From Armatimonadota bacterium (lineage in GTDB: Bacteria; Armatimonadota; UBA5829; DTLH01): a DNA stretch of 64,000 nt. Both the position numbers and the translations under genes were made by a program. The stretch is from positions 10,535 through 74,534 of the forward strand of contig JBDKSP010000050.1 in NCBI GenBank assembly GCA_039680575.1, read 5' to 3'. This document shows, piece after piece, positions 27,273 through 36,686 of the stretch; position 1 is the first letter of the stretch, and each line of letters opens with the position of its first letter. Below the pieces are notes generated by a model that saw only the letters and a program-made list of their open reading frames with translations, was not told the DNA's origin and ran no database searches.

Positions 27273-29735
27273 TTACCATGTATCGGGCAGTGTTTCGATT
27301 AGCGATACCGGAGGTCTGGGATTAATGTCCATTTCTATCACTACCTTAGTCCCCAAAGGTCCGGTGTTCAGAAAAACATGGTCAGCTATGCTGAGGATAA
27401 TCGCATAACCCATACCGAGCGACTTGGTGGTGGAATAACCCCGCTCCAGGGTCACGAGCGGAAGGACCAGTGCATCCATCCCGTGGCCGTGGTCACTGAC
27501 CCGTGCCAGGATTCTATCGTCCCGGTGAATCAGCGCTACCTCTCCGCCACCGGCATGTTTCAGTGCGTTGGTTGCTGCCTCTCCTACGCAGAGAGCGAAA
27601 TTTCCCGCTCTCGATTCAGGCATGCCGTAAGCTATTGCTTTGTTCCTCGCTTCTATGCGTATGGTTTCCAGATCTGCGGGTACTCGGAGCGGATAAGTTT
27701 TGGTAACGTACCGGTCAAGCTCCGAGATCTCATAGGGCTCGGATATGATGAGTTTTCCGCCCGTGGCTGACAGGATGGTCTGCCGGTAGAATTGCCTTTG
27801 CTGGTTTTCGAGTTCCAGATGTCTTTCCTCAGCTCTTATCCGTTCGGTGATGTCGATGAACAGCCCAATGATCGCCGGCTTTCCTCTGTATGCTGCAAGA
27901 GTACCGATTACCTCTCCGTCTACAGTCGTACCGTCCTTCCGTAGCCATTTTAGTGTGTAGTGGACGCTTTCTATCTCTCCTGCCATACGGCGGCGTATGT
28001 TCTCAGCGGCTGTGGCCCGGTCTTCTGGCGCGACAATATCCACCGGAGATACTTTATCGACAAGTTCCTCTCGTGTGTAGCCAAGCATTTCGGCAAAGCG
28101 AGGGTTTAAATAGACGAATTTTCCGTCCTGGATGATGTATACTCCGACCAGTGATTCCTCCGCCAGTATCCGGTATTTAGCTTCGGCTTCTTTCAGCTCC
28201 TCTTCGGCATGTTTACGGTCGGTCATATCCACTACATAGCCATGATAGTGAGTAATATTCCCGCTGGAATCTCTAACTACCATTGTAAAGTCGTGTATCC
28301 ACCGGTATTCGCCATCTGAGCGAAGGATCCGGTATTCCTGCTCGAAGTAGGGTACGCCGGATCTACTGTGGGACATCACTTCCATTGCTACTCGAAACAG
28401 GTCATCGGGGTGAATCAGCGATGAATAACTGATTATACCGCTGGTTAGGTCTTCCGGGGTGTAGCCGAACTGGCTCTTGACGTTCGGCGAGATGTATTCC
28501 ACCGGCCAACCTTCCTCATTTCTCCACTTGAAAACCACAGTCGGTCCGGCGACAAAGAGATTCCGTTCTTCCTCGAGCGCTTCTTCAGCGCGTTTACGCT
28601 CTGTAATGTCGAGAACAGAACCGAGGATTGCAGGTTTTTCCATATATACGGCACGTGATCCTATGACCTCCATGTCGAATGTGGAGCCATCTTTACGAAC
28701 TGATTTAAGAATATAGTGGATACTTTTCACTTCTCCTGTCAAGCGCCGGCGTAGATTTTCCTCGACCATGTTTCGGCTTTCAGGAGCGGTAATATCCAGT
28801 GGAGACATCTTACCGATGAGTTCTTCGCGTGTGTAGCCGGTCATTTCAGCAAAGCGGGGGTTCACATAGACGAATTTCCTGTCCTGTATGATGTATACTC
28901 CAAGCAGTGACTCTTCTGCCAGTATCTGGTATTTGGCTTCCGTTTCTTCGCGCTCTTTTTCGGCATGTTTGCGGTCGGTTATGTCTGTGAGCATCGCAAG
29001 CGATCCCGCAAATTTACCCGAATCGTCGAATATTGGTGTTGTAGAGATCAGTGTCCACAGTTCAGAGCCGTCTTTGCGGCGGAAACGGAAATCGAATATC
29101 TCTGCGATACCCTGTTTGCGCCGTTCATAGTGGATATTTGCGTTTTCCAGGTCGTCTTCATACATGAAATCAAAAACAGGGCGGCCCATCAATTCCTGTA
29201 TCGTGCAGCCAAGCATTTCAGCCACACGTTTGTTTAGGAAGGTGGTATTCCATTCCGAATCCAGCAGCCACACGCCTTCAAGTGCAGTCTCGATTAGCTG
29301 TCTGTGTAAACGCTCGCTTTGCCTGAGTTCGTTGTCCGCCTGCAAGTGCTCTTTTCGGCGTATTGCCTCCCTTACCACTCGTTGAACGGCAGGGACCAAT
29401 TGCGCCAAGTTATCTCTGTTTACATAGTCATCCGCGCCTGATTTCAACGCTTCCGCGACGGCATTTTCCCCGATTTTGCCGGATATCAGGATGAACGGCT
29501 GAAGGGAACCTTTCTCTCTCAGGAGTCTCAGCGCTTCCAGTCCATTGAAGCGCGGCATCGAGTAACCGGTAATGATTACATCCCAGATTTTACTGGTAAG
29601 CGCAACGGTCATTGCCTCAGGCGTATCCACGCGCTCGAATACCACGTCATAACCTCCGCGTTCCAGTTCGCGCACTATCCGCAGGGTTTCTTCTTCCGAG
29701 TCTTCAATAATCAGGAGGCGCAGTGTAGTATTCAT
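27273..29735 (-). CDS. Atypical receiver - 4x PAS/PAC - RsbT/RsbW-like ATPase (Ser/Thr kinase) domain protein
   Basis: REC fold at the N-terminus and four PAS/PAC units ending DITxRK/DITERI. C-terminus EAATNALKHAGGG...VSDHGHG...GYSTTKSLGMG; no HisKA H-box visible. Confidence 0.8.
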   Translation of the reverse strand: MNTTLRLLIIEDSEEETLRIVRELERGGYDVVFERVDTPEAMTVALTSKIWDVIITGYSMPRFNGLEALRLLREKGSLQPFILISGKIGENAVAEALKSGADDYVNRDNLAQLVPAVQRVVREAIRRKEHLQADNELRQSERLHRQLIETALEGVWLLDSEWNTTFLNKRVAEMLGCTIQELMGRPVFDFMYEDDLENANIHYERRKQGIAEIFDFRFRRKDGSELWTLISTTPIFDDSGKFAGSLAMLTDITDRKHAEKEREETEAKYQILAEESLLGVYIIQDRKFVYVNPRFAEMTGYTREELIGKMSPLDITAPESRNMVEENLRRRLTGEVKSIHYILKSVRKDGSTFDMEVIGSRAVYMEKPAILGSVLDITERKRAEEALEEERNLFVAGPTVVFKWRNEEGWPVEYISPNVKSQFGYTPEDLTSGIISYSSLIHPDDLFRVAMEVMSHSRSGVPYFEQEYRILRSDGEYRWIHDFTMVVRDSSGNITHYHGYVVDMTDRKHAEEELKEAEAKYRILAEESLVGVYIIQDGKFVYLNPRFAEMLGYTREELVDKVSPVDIVAPEDRATAAENIRRRMAGEIESVHYTLKWLRKDGTTVDGEVIGTLAAYRGKPAIIGLFIDITERIRAEERHLELENQQRQFYRQTILSATGGKLIISEPYEISELDRYVTKTYPLRVPADLETIRIEARNKAIAYGMPESRAGNFALCVGEAATNALKHAGGGEVALIHRDDRILARVSDHGHGMDALVLPLVTLERGYSTTKSLGMGYAIILSIADHVFLNTGPLGTKVVIEMDINPRPPVSLIETLPDTW

Positions 29736-29883
29736 AATGTTTTACCGGCAGCGCATCCGATTGCAGCGCAGCATAATTGCAGGCATATAATTTAGTAAGC
29801 TAAAATCAGTTCGATTCATCACGAATATTTACCCCTTTGAGCTTTCAGCTAAGCTAAAGAGTTTTAGCTATAGCCGAAAATCC

Positions 29884-29982
29884 ATAGATTCAGGGTCCAT
29901 TTTCTTCCTGGATGCTGAGACAAGCTCAGCATGACGTTGTGATAATTCAGCATGATGTTGTACTCATCAACTCTGAACTTTA
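29884..29982 (-). mobile_element. MITE-like element family A, copy 2 (partial)
   Basis: Reverse complement matches 5390-5487 almost base for base. Confidence 0.75.
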
Positions 29983-29985
29983 CGT

Positions 29986-30014
29986 TTGTCTCACCCGCTG
30001 CCTTTCTGTATAAT
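29986..30014 (+). promoter_or_regulatory. Sigma70-type promoter
   Basis: TTGTCT-17 bp-TATAAT, 33 bp upstream of the 30048 ATG. Confidence 0.6.
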
Positions 30015-30047
30015 AATGATGTTTGGGCGGTTGAGATTTAGCGTGTC

Positions 30048-30845
30048 ATGGACGAAGAAGAGCAAGTAGATATATCCCCTGCGAGGTTCGGGAAAGCTAT
30101 AAGAAAAGGTTTTTCCGAGGTATACGACCGGTTTGGCCTGGTGATTGCGGCAAGCCTTATCTGGGCGGTCATCATCGCTGTGCCTTTGGGTCTCGGATGG
30201 GAGCTTTGGCGGAGAAATCCATCTAAACCGTGGATCGTCCTTATTGGGATGATAGTTGCGGTGTTTATTGGATCTCCGGTGCTTGCCGGCGTCTTCAGAA
30301 TGGCCTACAAGGTCGTTTACCATGACGATCCCGGACTTGGCGACATCCTGACCGGCGCGCGCGAACTTTTTTTGGCGAGTCTCAGCCTTGCGCTGATTGA
30401 CATTGTGGTCATCTCGATGCTCGTGATCGACGCGATGTTTTTCATGGGGATGTTCGGCCCGCTCAAAGGGAAAGAAAACCTGGTTTTTTTTCTTGCAGGG
30501 ATCTTATTCATATATCTGCTCGTTGCATGGCTGATGACGGTGCTTTACCAACTGCCTGTCCTTGCGTCGCAGAAACCGATGTGCCAGCGTGAAGGCGCGG
30601 CAGCGGCAATCAGGAAAAGCCTGATCCTCGCGGCGCATAACCCAGGGTTTACAATCGGCTTCTTTGTTGTTATACTCGGCTTTGGCATCCTTTGCGCGGT
30701 GAGCGTGTTTGGGATGCTGATTTTGTTTGCCGGGACGGTTTCCATGCTTTTGACTCACGCCTTGAGGGAGCTTTACATCCGCTACAAAGTGGTAGAAGAA
30801 GCCCCTGAGACAGTCGAAGACAAAGGCTGGAAGCTGAAAGAATAG
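30048..30845 (+). CDS. Multi-pass membrane protein (DUF624/YesL-like)
   Basis: About 6 hydrophobic segments; SPVLAGVFRMAYK, AIRKSLIL..HNPGFT. Confidence 0.65.
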   Translation: MDEEEQVDISPARFGKAIRKGFSEVYDRFGLVIAASLIWAVIIAVPLGLGWELWRRNPSKPWIVLIGMIVAVFIGSPVLAGVFRMAYKVVYHDDPGLGDILTGARELFLASLSLALIDIVVISMLVIDAMFFMGMFGPLKGKENLVFFLAGILFIYLLVAWLMTVLYQLPVLASQKPMCQREGAAAAIRKSLILAAHNPGFTIGFFVVILGFGILCAVSVFGMLILFAGTVSMLLTHALRELYIRYKVVEEAPETVEDKGWKLKE

Positions 30846-30919
30846 TTTACGCGCTTAAAGTGCTGCGCGATTCGCGATATTGGTTGTGTAATTATAGATT
30901 TTACCTCGGAGATGGTGAA

Positions 30920-31159
30920 ATGGACTATTATCAATACATCGAGCGAAATGCAAAAATCTGCGGTGGGGAGCCGGTTTTTAAGGGCACGCGTGTTACTTTA
31001 CGCACTGTGCTTGCCAGTCTGGCAGAAGGCACTGGCGTAAAAGAGATTTTAGAAAGCTTTCCAACACTTACAGAGGAGCATGTGAAGGCTGCTGTAGCCT
31101 TCGCAGCTGCTTCAGCACAGGAAGATCTGCCTGTAGCTGAACTTCCTGATGTGGCATGA
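30920..31159 (+). CDS. DUF433 family antitoxin-like protein
   Basis: ICGGEPVFKGTRV...EILESFPTLTEEHVKAAVAFA; ATG 30920 after a GGAGA/GGTG RBS. Confidence 0.85.
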   Translation: MDYYQYIERNAKICGGEPVFKGTRVTLRTVLASLAEGTGVKEILESFPTLTEEHVKAAVAFAAASAQEDLPVAELPDVA

Positions 31160-31209
31160 GAATTAATTATCGGAGAAACCGGGTCTGCCATGACCCATAA
31201 CCTAAAAAC

Positions 31210-33858
31210 ATGACAAGTAGTGAACTTAGAACAGCATATCTGAAGTTTTTCGAGGGTAAAAAACATCTTATCTATCCTAGTGACTCGCTCGTGCCGAACG
31301 ATCCATCTCTTCTTTATACCGCAGCCGGGATGGTGCAGTTCAAGCCCTATTTCATAGGGGATAGAGTGCCGCCTGCGTCGAGAGTAGTCACGTCTCAGAA
31401 GTGTATGAGGACGGATGATGTCGAGGAAGTCGGCGATGCGGTGCATCACACTTTCTTCGAGATGCTCGGTAACTTCAGCTTCGGCGATTATTTCAAGCGC
31501 GAGGCAATCACCTGGGCATGGGAGTTCCTTATCGATGTCCTGAAGCTCAACCCGGACCATCTCTGGACGAGTGTATATCTCGATGACGATGAGGCTTATG
31601 ATATCTGGGTGAATGAGGTCGGCTTCCCGAAGGAAAGGATCGTGCGGCTCGGCGAGGACAAGAACTACTGGCCTGCAAACGCACCTACCATGGGCCCGAA
31701 CGGTCCATGCGGCCCCTGCAACGAGATATTCCTCGATGTGAACCCTGAAGCGGGCGCGCCTGCGGACCCTGCATGGTCGATAGCCCACGACGGAAACCGG
31801 TTCGTCGAGATATGGAATCTGGTCTTCCAGCAGTTCGACCGCCAGGAGGACGGAACGCTCGACCCGCTTCCCACGAAGAATATCGATACTGGCATGGGGC
31901 TCGAGAGGACTATCGCTATCCTGAACAACGCTCAGTCGAACTATGATACCGACCTGTTCCAGCCGATAGTGAAGGCAGTCGAGAAGATTACCGGCGCAAG
32001 TTACGGTAAAGATCAGGAAACCACGAGGGCTATCCGGGTTATAGTAGACCATATTCGGGGCGCGGTCTTTGCCATAGCCGACGGAGTTATGCCGTCGAAC
32101 ATCGGAAGAGGTTATGTGCTTCGCAGAATCATACGCCGGGCGGTGTTGAGGGGTAATTCTCTTGGCATGGACAAGCCGTTCCTGCACGAACTGGTTGGAG
32201 TCGTTGCAGACTTGATGAAGGATGTCTACACTGAGCCGAAAGACAGGCAGGACTACGTTACCAGCCTCATCAAAGCAGAGGAAGAGAAGTTCCTCCGCAC
32301 GCTGGATTCCGGCATGTCCCGGCTTATGCAGCAGATTGAAGATGTCAAAAAGGGCGGCGGGAACCTCCTTCCCGGCGATGCGGCGTTTTCACTTCATGAC
32401 ACCTATGGATTTCCGCTGGAGCTTACGCAGGAGATTGCCCAGTCCGAGGGAATAGAGGTAGATGCTGCAGGGTTCGAGACCGCTATGGAAGACCAGCGCA
32501 AGCGCGCGAAGGAATCGAGCGACTTTGCGGCATCGCTCTTCGGCGGCGGCAACGGTGCGATCCTTGAACTCGAGCAGACCGTTCCTGCTACGGAGTTCGT
32601 AGGCTATCGCAGTCTTGAGTCGGATGCTAAAGTTCTTGCCATACTCGAACGCGGCGAGCAGATCAGTGTGGCAAAAGAGGGCAGTTTAGTCGATTTAGTG
32701 CTGGACAAGACGCCGTTTTATGCAGAGTCCGGCGGCCAGGTGGGCGATGAAGGCCAGATGATGTCCCGCGGCGCAATGCTGAGAGTTAAGAACACTTTGA
32801 AGGCCGCGCACGTATTCTTACATGCGGTAGAGGTCGTTTCCGGCGAGATAAAGGTCGGTGACGATGTCCACGCTGAGGTCGATACAGAGCGGCGGATGGC
32901 TATTGCGCGGAATCACACGGCAACTCACCTCCTGCATGCGGCGCTCAGACATATTTTGGGACCGCACGCGCTCCAGGCTGGTTCAGTTGTCGAACCCGGA
33001 AGGTTGAGGTTCGATTTTTCGCATTTCCAGGCGGTGTCCCCGGACGAGCTGAGGCAGATCGAGGATGAGGTAAACGATAAGATCCTTGACGACATCCCTG
33101 TCGATGTCAGAGAGACCAATATAGACGAAGCCCGGCAGATGGGCGCGATGGCTCTCTTCGGTGAAAAATACGGAGAGCATGTCCGGGTGATGAAGGTCGG
33201 CGATTACAGCACGGAACTCTGCGGCGGGACACACCTCAGCAGGACATCGCAGGTCGGCCTCTTTAAGCTGGTGAGCGAGTCGAGTGTCGGCGCGGGCTTG
33301 AGAAGGATCGAGGCTGTGACCGGAAACGGCGCAGTGCAGCATGTCCATGATATAGAAGACCTGCTCCGTGAGGTGTCGGAAAAACTAGGAGCCTCGCCGC
33401 TTGAAGCAGCTTCGGCTGTTGAACGGCTTCAGACAAACCTTAAGGAGACCCAGCGGAAGATCGAACAGATCCAGGCTAAATCGGCTGCGGAGCAGTCACA
33501 GGAACTTGCGGCGGCGGCTCATGACATATCCGGTGTAAGTCTGGTTGCGAGCAAGGTCCAGACGACGAACGCCCAGGTACTGAGCGCTCTCGCAGACGGT
33601 ATTGCCGACAAGCTGAAGTCCGGTGTTGTGGTGCTCGGTGGAGTGGGCGACGGCAAGGTGCTCTTTATCAGCAAAGTGACACCTGATCTCGTTAAGCGAG
33701 GGTTCCATGCCGGAAACCTGATCCGTGAAGTTGCGAAAGTCGCTGGCGGCGGCGGCGGCGGAAGGCCGGAGTTCGCCCAGGCCGGCGGTAAAGATGCATC
33801 GAAAGTCGATGAAGCACTGCAGACGGCAGTCGATCTGGTCCGTAAGCAAGCAGGATAG
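31210..33858 (+). CDS. alaS: Alanine--tRNA ligase
   Basis: AGMVQFKP, HHTFFEMLGNFSFGDYFK, IDTGMGLER, HTATHLLH, ELCGGTH, GGGGGRP. Confidence 0.98.
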   Translation: MTSSELRTAYLKFFEGKKHLIYPSDSLVPNDPSLLYTAAGMVQFKPYFIGDRVPPASRVVTSQKCMRTDDVEEVGDAVHHTFFEMLGNFSFGDYFKREAITWAWEFLIDVLKLNPDHLWTSVYLDDDEAYDIWVNEVGFPKERIVRLGEDKNYWPANAPTMGPNGPCGPCNEIFLDVNPEAGAPADPAWSIAHDGNRFVEIWNLVFQQFDRQEDGTLDPLPTKNIDTGMGLERTIAILNNAQSNYDTDLFQPIVKAVEKITGASYGKDQETTRAIRVIVDHIRGAVFAIADGVMPSNIGRGYVLRRIIRRAVLRGNSLGMDKPFLHELVGVVADLMKDVYTEPKDRQDYVTSLIKAEEEKFLRTLDSGMSRLMQQIEDVKKGGGNLLPGDAAFSLHDTYGFPLELTQEIAQSEGIEVDAAGFETAMEDQRKRAKESSDFAASLFGGGNGAILELEQTVPATEFVGYRSLESDAKVLAILERGEQISVAKEGSLVDLVLDKTPFYAESGGQVGDEGQMMSRGAMLRVKNTLKAAHVFLHAVEVVSGEIKVGDDVHAEVDTERRMAIARNHTATHLLHAALRHILGPHALQAGSVVEPGRLRFDFSHFQAVSPDELRQIEDEVNDKILDDIPVDVRETNIDEARQMGAMALFGEKYGEHVRVMKVGDYSTELCGGTHLSRTSQVGLFKLVSESSVGAGLRRIEAVTGNGAVQHVHDIEDLLREVSEKLGASPLEAASAVERLQTNLKETQRKIEQIQAKSAAEQSQELAAAAHDISGVSLVASKVQTTNAQVLSALADGIADKLKSGVVVLGGVGDGKVLFISKVTPDLVKRGFHAGNLIREVAKVAGGGGGGRPEFAQAGGKDASKVDEALQTAVDLVRKQAG

Positions 33859-33869
33859 GGAACAGAAAA

Positions 33870-34025
33870 AGTTAACAGCTACCAGCTTTTGAAACGCGGG
33901 TTATGCGATATAACGGATTTCGCGGATGGTGAAAATTTACAGCACCTAACCCTATGCTTCGGGATCGCAGTTCATCCCGAAGCACAAATCTTCGCCAATC
34001 CCCTCCCTGCTGAAAGCTGAAAACT
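33870..34025 (+). repeat. Family B composite palindromic element
   Basis: Collinear with 9974-10087. Contains the perfect stem tgcttcgggat/atcccgaagca (33955-33984) and is bounded by inverted heptamer runs. Confidence 0.7.
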
Positions 34026-34032
34026 AGTAAAA

Positions 34033-36267
34033 ATGTCTGTAATACGTAATTACATTCTTCTCGTTTTGGCGCTCGCAGCGCTGGCATTACCTGTAGAGGG
34101 CGCTTCCCCGCGTCCGAAGGTCGTGCTCGTCATCGCCGACTACATAACCCTGTCGGACCTTCTGGACAGCAAGCTGCCCGGCATTCACAAGTTGACCTCT
34201 GAAGGCGCTATCGGGCTGATCTGTCCCGGAACGACCGGGGCAGGATCGGTTCAATCTTGTTATGCATCCGTTAGCGCCGGGTCCTATTGTTGGGCTGGAA
34301 ATGATGTGGATCAGGCGTACTCCAGCTTCGAGCTGCTGGAGGATGAAGATGAGCAGGGACCAGCTGGAGTGGTATTTCAGCGCCGGACGGGTTTGCACAG
34401 CATGCCTGCCGTCGTACAGCTCGAAGTCCCGTTGCTTGATAGTGTAAATCTGGAAAAGAGGACTAACTCACTTCCAGGTGCCCTTGGAGATATACTCTAC
34501 AAAGACGGTAAAAAGGCCGCTGTTTTTGGTAACTCTGATCTAGCCGATAAAAAACGCCGCAGAGCCGCTATCATAGCGGCGAACGGCGTCGGTTCAGTTG
34601 CCACAGGCGACATCAGCTTCCGTGTGCTCCGCCGCGACCCGCTCAGCCCGACGGGTTTTGTTACGGATTCAGCGAAACTCGCATCCGCCGTCGATGGCGC
34701 GCTCGAATCAGTCGATTTTGTCGTCGCAGATTTTGGAGATACAGCCCGGGTCGAACTGAATAAGACCAATCTTTCTGACTATGCCTATTCCAAGCAGCGC
34801 GCAAAGGCGCTTAGGAACCTGGACTCATTTCTGACAAGGATTTTGAAGGCTGAAACTGGACAGGAAACGATAATCCTGGCGTCGATGGCCGCCAAAGTAC
34901 CGGAACGCGGAGAGAAGTCCCGGCTTGCCCCGATAGTTATCTTCCGACCCGGTAGTCCGGGCGGCAGCCTCATATCCGCTACTACGCGAACACCGGGACT
35001 CGTATCCGGTTTCGACATTGCGCCGACGGTGCTCGCATCGCTTGATCTGGCTAAGCCTTCGAGGATGGTCGGTACGCCCATAACTATGGTTTCTGGCAGA
35101 GAAAGCCGGATCAGATGGCTCGATAACCTGGTACTGCTTTGCAGAGAAGCAGTCTGGCCTGTGCTTGGAGTGCTTGCCGCAATAGGTATTGCCGCCATTA
35201 CAGCCGCAGGTGCCGTTATAGCCCTTGGGAAAGCTGTATCGGAAAGAGTGGGGGCTGTACTGAAAGTGCTCCTGGTCGCGACGATGTCCAGTCCGCTTGC
35301 TATGTTTTTCGCTGTGCCTGGGAGCCCGTCCGTAGTTCCCTACGCATTGAGGCTCAGTGCCTGGGTGATCGCACTGACTGCAGCCGCGTTTGGTATGAGT
35401 GGTTTACTGAAACGCGCGCTGGGGGATAGGATCAACCGACTGCCAGGAGCGCTTCCGATAGTGACGCTGGCGCTTATTACGACTATCGTTTTGTTCATCG
35501 AAGCCTGTCGCGGCGGACAGTTGATAAGGTTTGCCCTTCCTAGTGTCGCGGACTTTCGCGGTTACAGGTTTTACGGGGTCGGCAACGAATACATGGGTGT
35601 CTGGCTGGGCTGCGCGCTTGTCGCGATAGTCTGGCTGAGAGAATGCTTCCCTGGATGGAGATCCAGCAGCCGAGGAAAGTCCATAACGATTGCGGCCTCC
35701 GTGGCCGTAGTGCTTGGACTGGGAATTCCGGCTTTCGGCGCTAACGCCGGAGGGGCGATTGCTGCCATTGTCGGGCTTGGCACGGTATATATATCCGGGT
35801 TGAAGGACAGGTTCGGAGCGCGCGATATAGTAATGCTTGTCGTCTTGGGCGGTCTGGTTGTCACATTCATAGGGCTGATGGACACGTTGTTGTCCCGCGG
35901 CGGTCAATCCCATATAGGCCTGGCTGCGTCCGTCGGGAGCAGGGGAGGGTATATGCTTCTTTGCTCCACTATCGTGAGGAAGCTGTCGATGAATGTCAGT
36001 CTGATAGGCACTCCGCAGTCACAAATGGCCATGATCGGTGCGATACCGTTTTTTTTCCTCTGGTTTTCTTCGATTGGAAAGAAGATCGATAAGTTGTACG
36101 CAGGCAGGCCGGCATTTCGATCAGGTATAGCCGCAACGATCGTTGGGGCTGGCGCGGCGTTTCTATTCAATGACTCAGGCATAGTCGCCGGAGGGCTCAT
36201 ATTCGGTTTTCTCGTACTGGCAGTCCTTTACTCGCTTCTGGACAGTCTGGAACCCGCGTGTCCATGA
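34033..36267 (+). CDS. Membrane protein with extracellular alkaline-phosphatase-like domain and ~10 C-terminal TM helices
   Basis: Signal peptide; KVVLVIAD; TTRTPGLVSGFDIAPTVL; RFYGVGNEYMG, GANAGG, NDSGIV motifs in the TM region. Confidence 0.6.
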   Translation: MSVIRNYILLVLALAALALPVEGASPRPKVVLVIADYITLSDLLDSKLPGIHKLTSEGAIGLICPGTTGAGSVQSCYASVSAGSYCWAGNDVDQAYSSFELLEDEDEQGPAGVVFQRRTGLHSMPAVVQLEVPLLDSVNLEKRTNSLPGALGDILYKDGKKAAVFGNSDLADKKRRRAAIIAANGVGSVATGDISFRVLRRDPLSPTGFVTDSAKLASAVDGALESVDFVVADFGDTARVELNKTNLSDYAYSKQRAKALRNLDSFLTRILKAETGQETIILASMAAKVPERGEKSRLAPIVIFRPGSPGGSLISATTRTPGLVSGFDIAPTVLASLDLAKPSRMVGTPITMVSGRESRIRWLDNLVLLCREAVWPVLGVLAAIGIAAITAAGAVIALGKAVSERVGAVLKVLLVATMSSPLAMFFAVPGSPSVVPYALRLSAWVIALTAAAFGMSGLLKRALGDRINRLPGALPIVTLALITTIVLFIEACRGGQLIRFALPSVADFRGYRFYGVGNEYMGVWLGCALVAIVWLRECFPGWRSSSRGKSITIAASVAVVLGLGIPAFGANAGGAIAAIVGLGTVYISGLKDRFGARDIVMLVVLGGLVVTFIGLMDTLLSRGGQSHIGLAASVGSRGGYMLLCSTIVRKLSMNVSLIGTPQSQMAMIGAIPFFFLWFSSIGKKIDKLYAGRPAFRSGIAATIVGAGAAFLFNDSGIVAGGLIFGFLVLAVLYSLLDSLEPACP

Positions 36268-36686
36268 AACTGATGGGGCTGGATGTCGGTGAAAAGCGGA
36301 TCGGCGTTGCCTTGAGCGATGATACGGGCTCGTTTGCATTCCCCTTTACGACAATCGTGCGTACGGTGAGCGAAAAAGCCGATCTCAGGTCGATTGTTTG
36401 TGTAATTGAAGAAGAGAATGTCTCAAAGGTAATAGTCGGAATCCCGATAATGCTGAGTGGACAGGAAGCAGTGCAGGCGGAAAAGATCCGCGCATTTGCC
36501 GGTAAACTTGCGAGAAGGCTCAGGATTCCGCTGGAGTATTGGGATGAGCGGTACTCGACTGCGGAAGCTGAACGGCTGCTTATTGATGCAGGTAAAAGCC
36601 GTGAAGCGAGGAAAAATATAATTGATAAGACTGCAGCGGCAGTCATTCTCCAGAGCTACATAGAAGCAAAAGGAAACGATAGTTGA
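36258..36686 (+). CDS. ruvX: YqgF/RuvX RNase H-fold nuclease
   Basis: GLDVGEKRIGVA, WDERYST, IDKTAAAVILQSY. Confidence 0.93.
   Translation: MSMKLMGLDVGEKRIGVALSDDTGSFAFPFTTIVRTVSEKADLRSIVCVIEEENVSKVIVGIPIMLSGQEAVQAEKIRAFAGKLARRLRIPLEYWDERYSTAEAERLLIDAGKSREARKNIIDKTAAAVILQSYIEAKGNDS

Noticed and set aside
30931..32187. 418 aa minus-strand ORF
   Set aside because: Antisense to alaS and the DUF433 gene.
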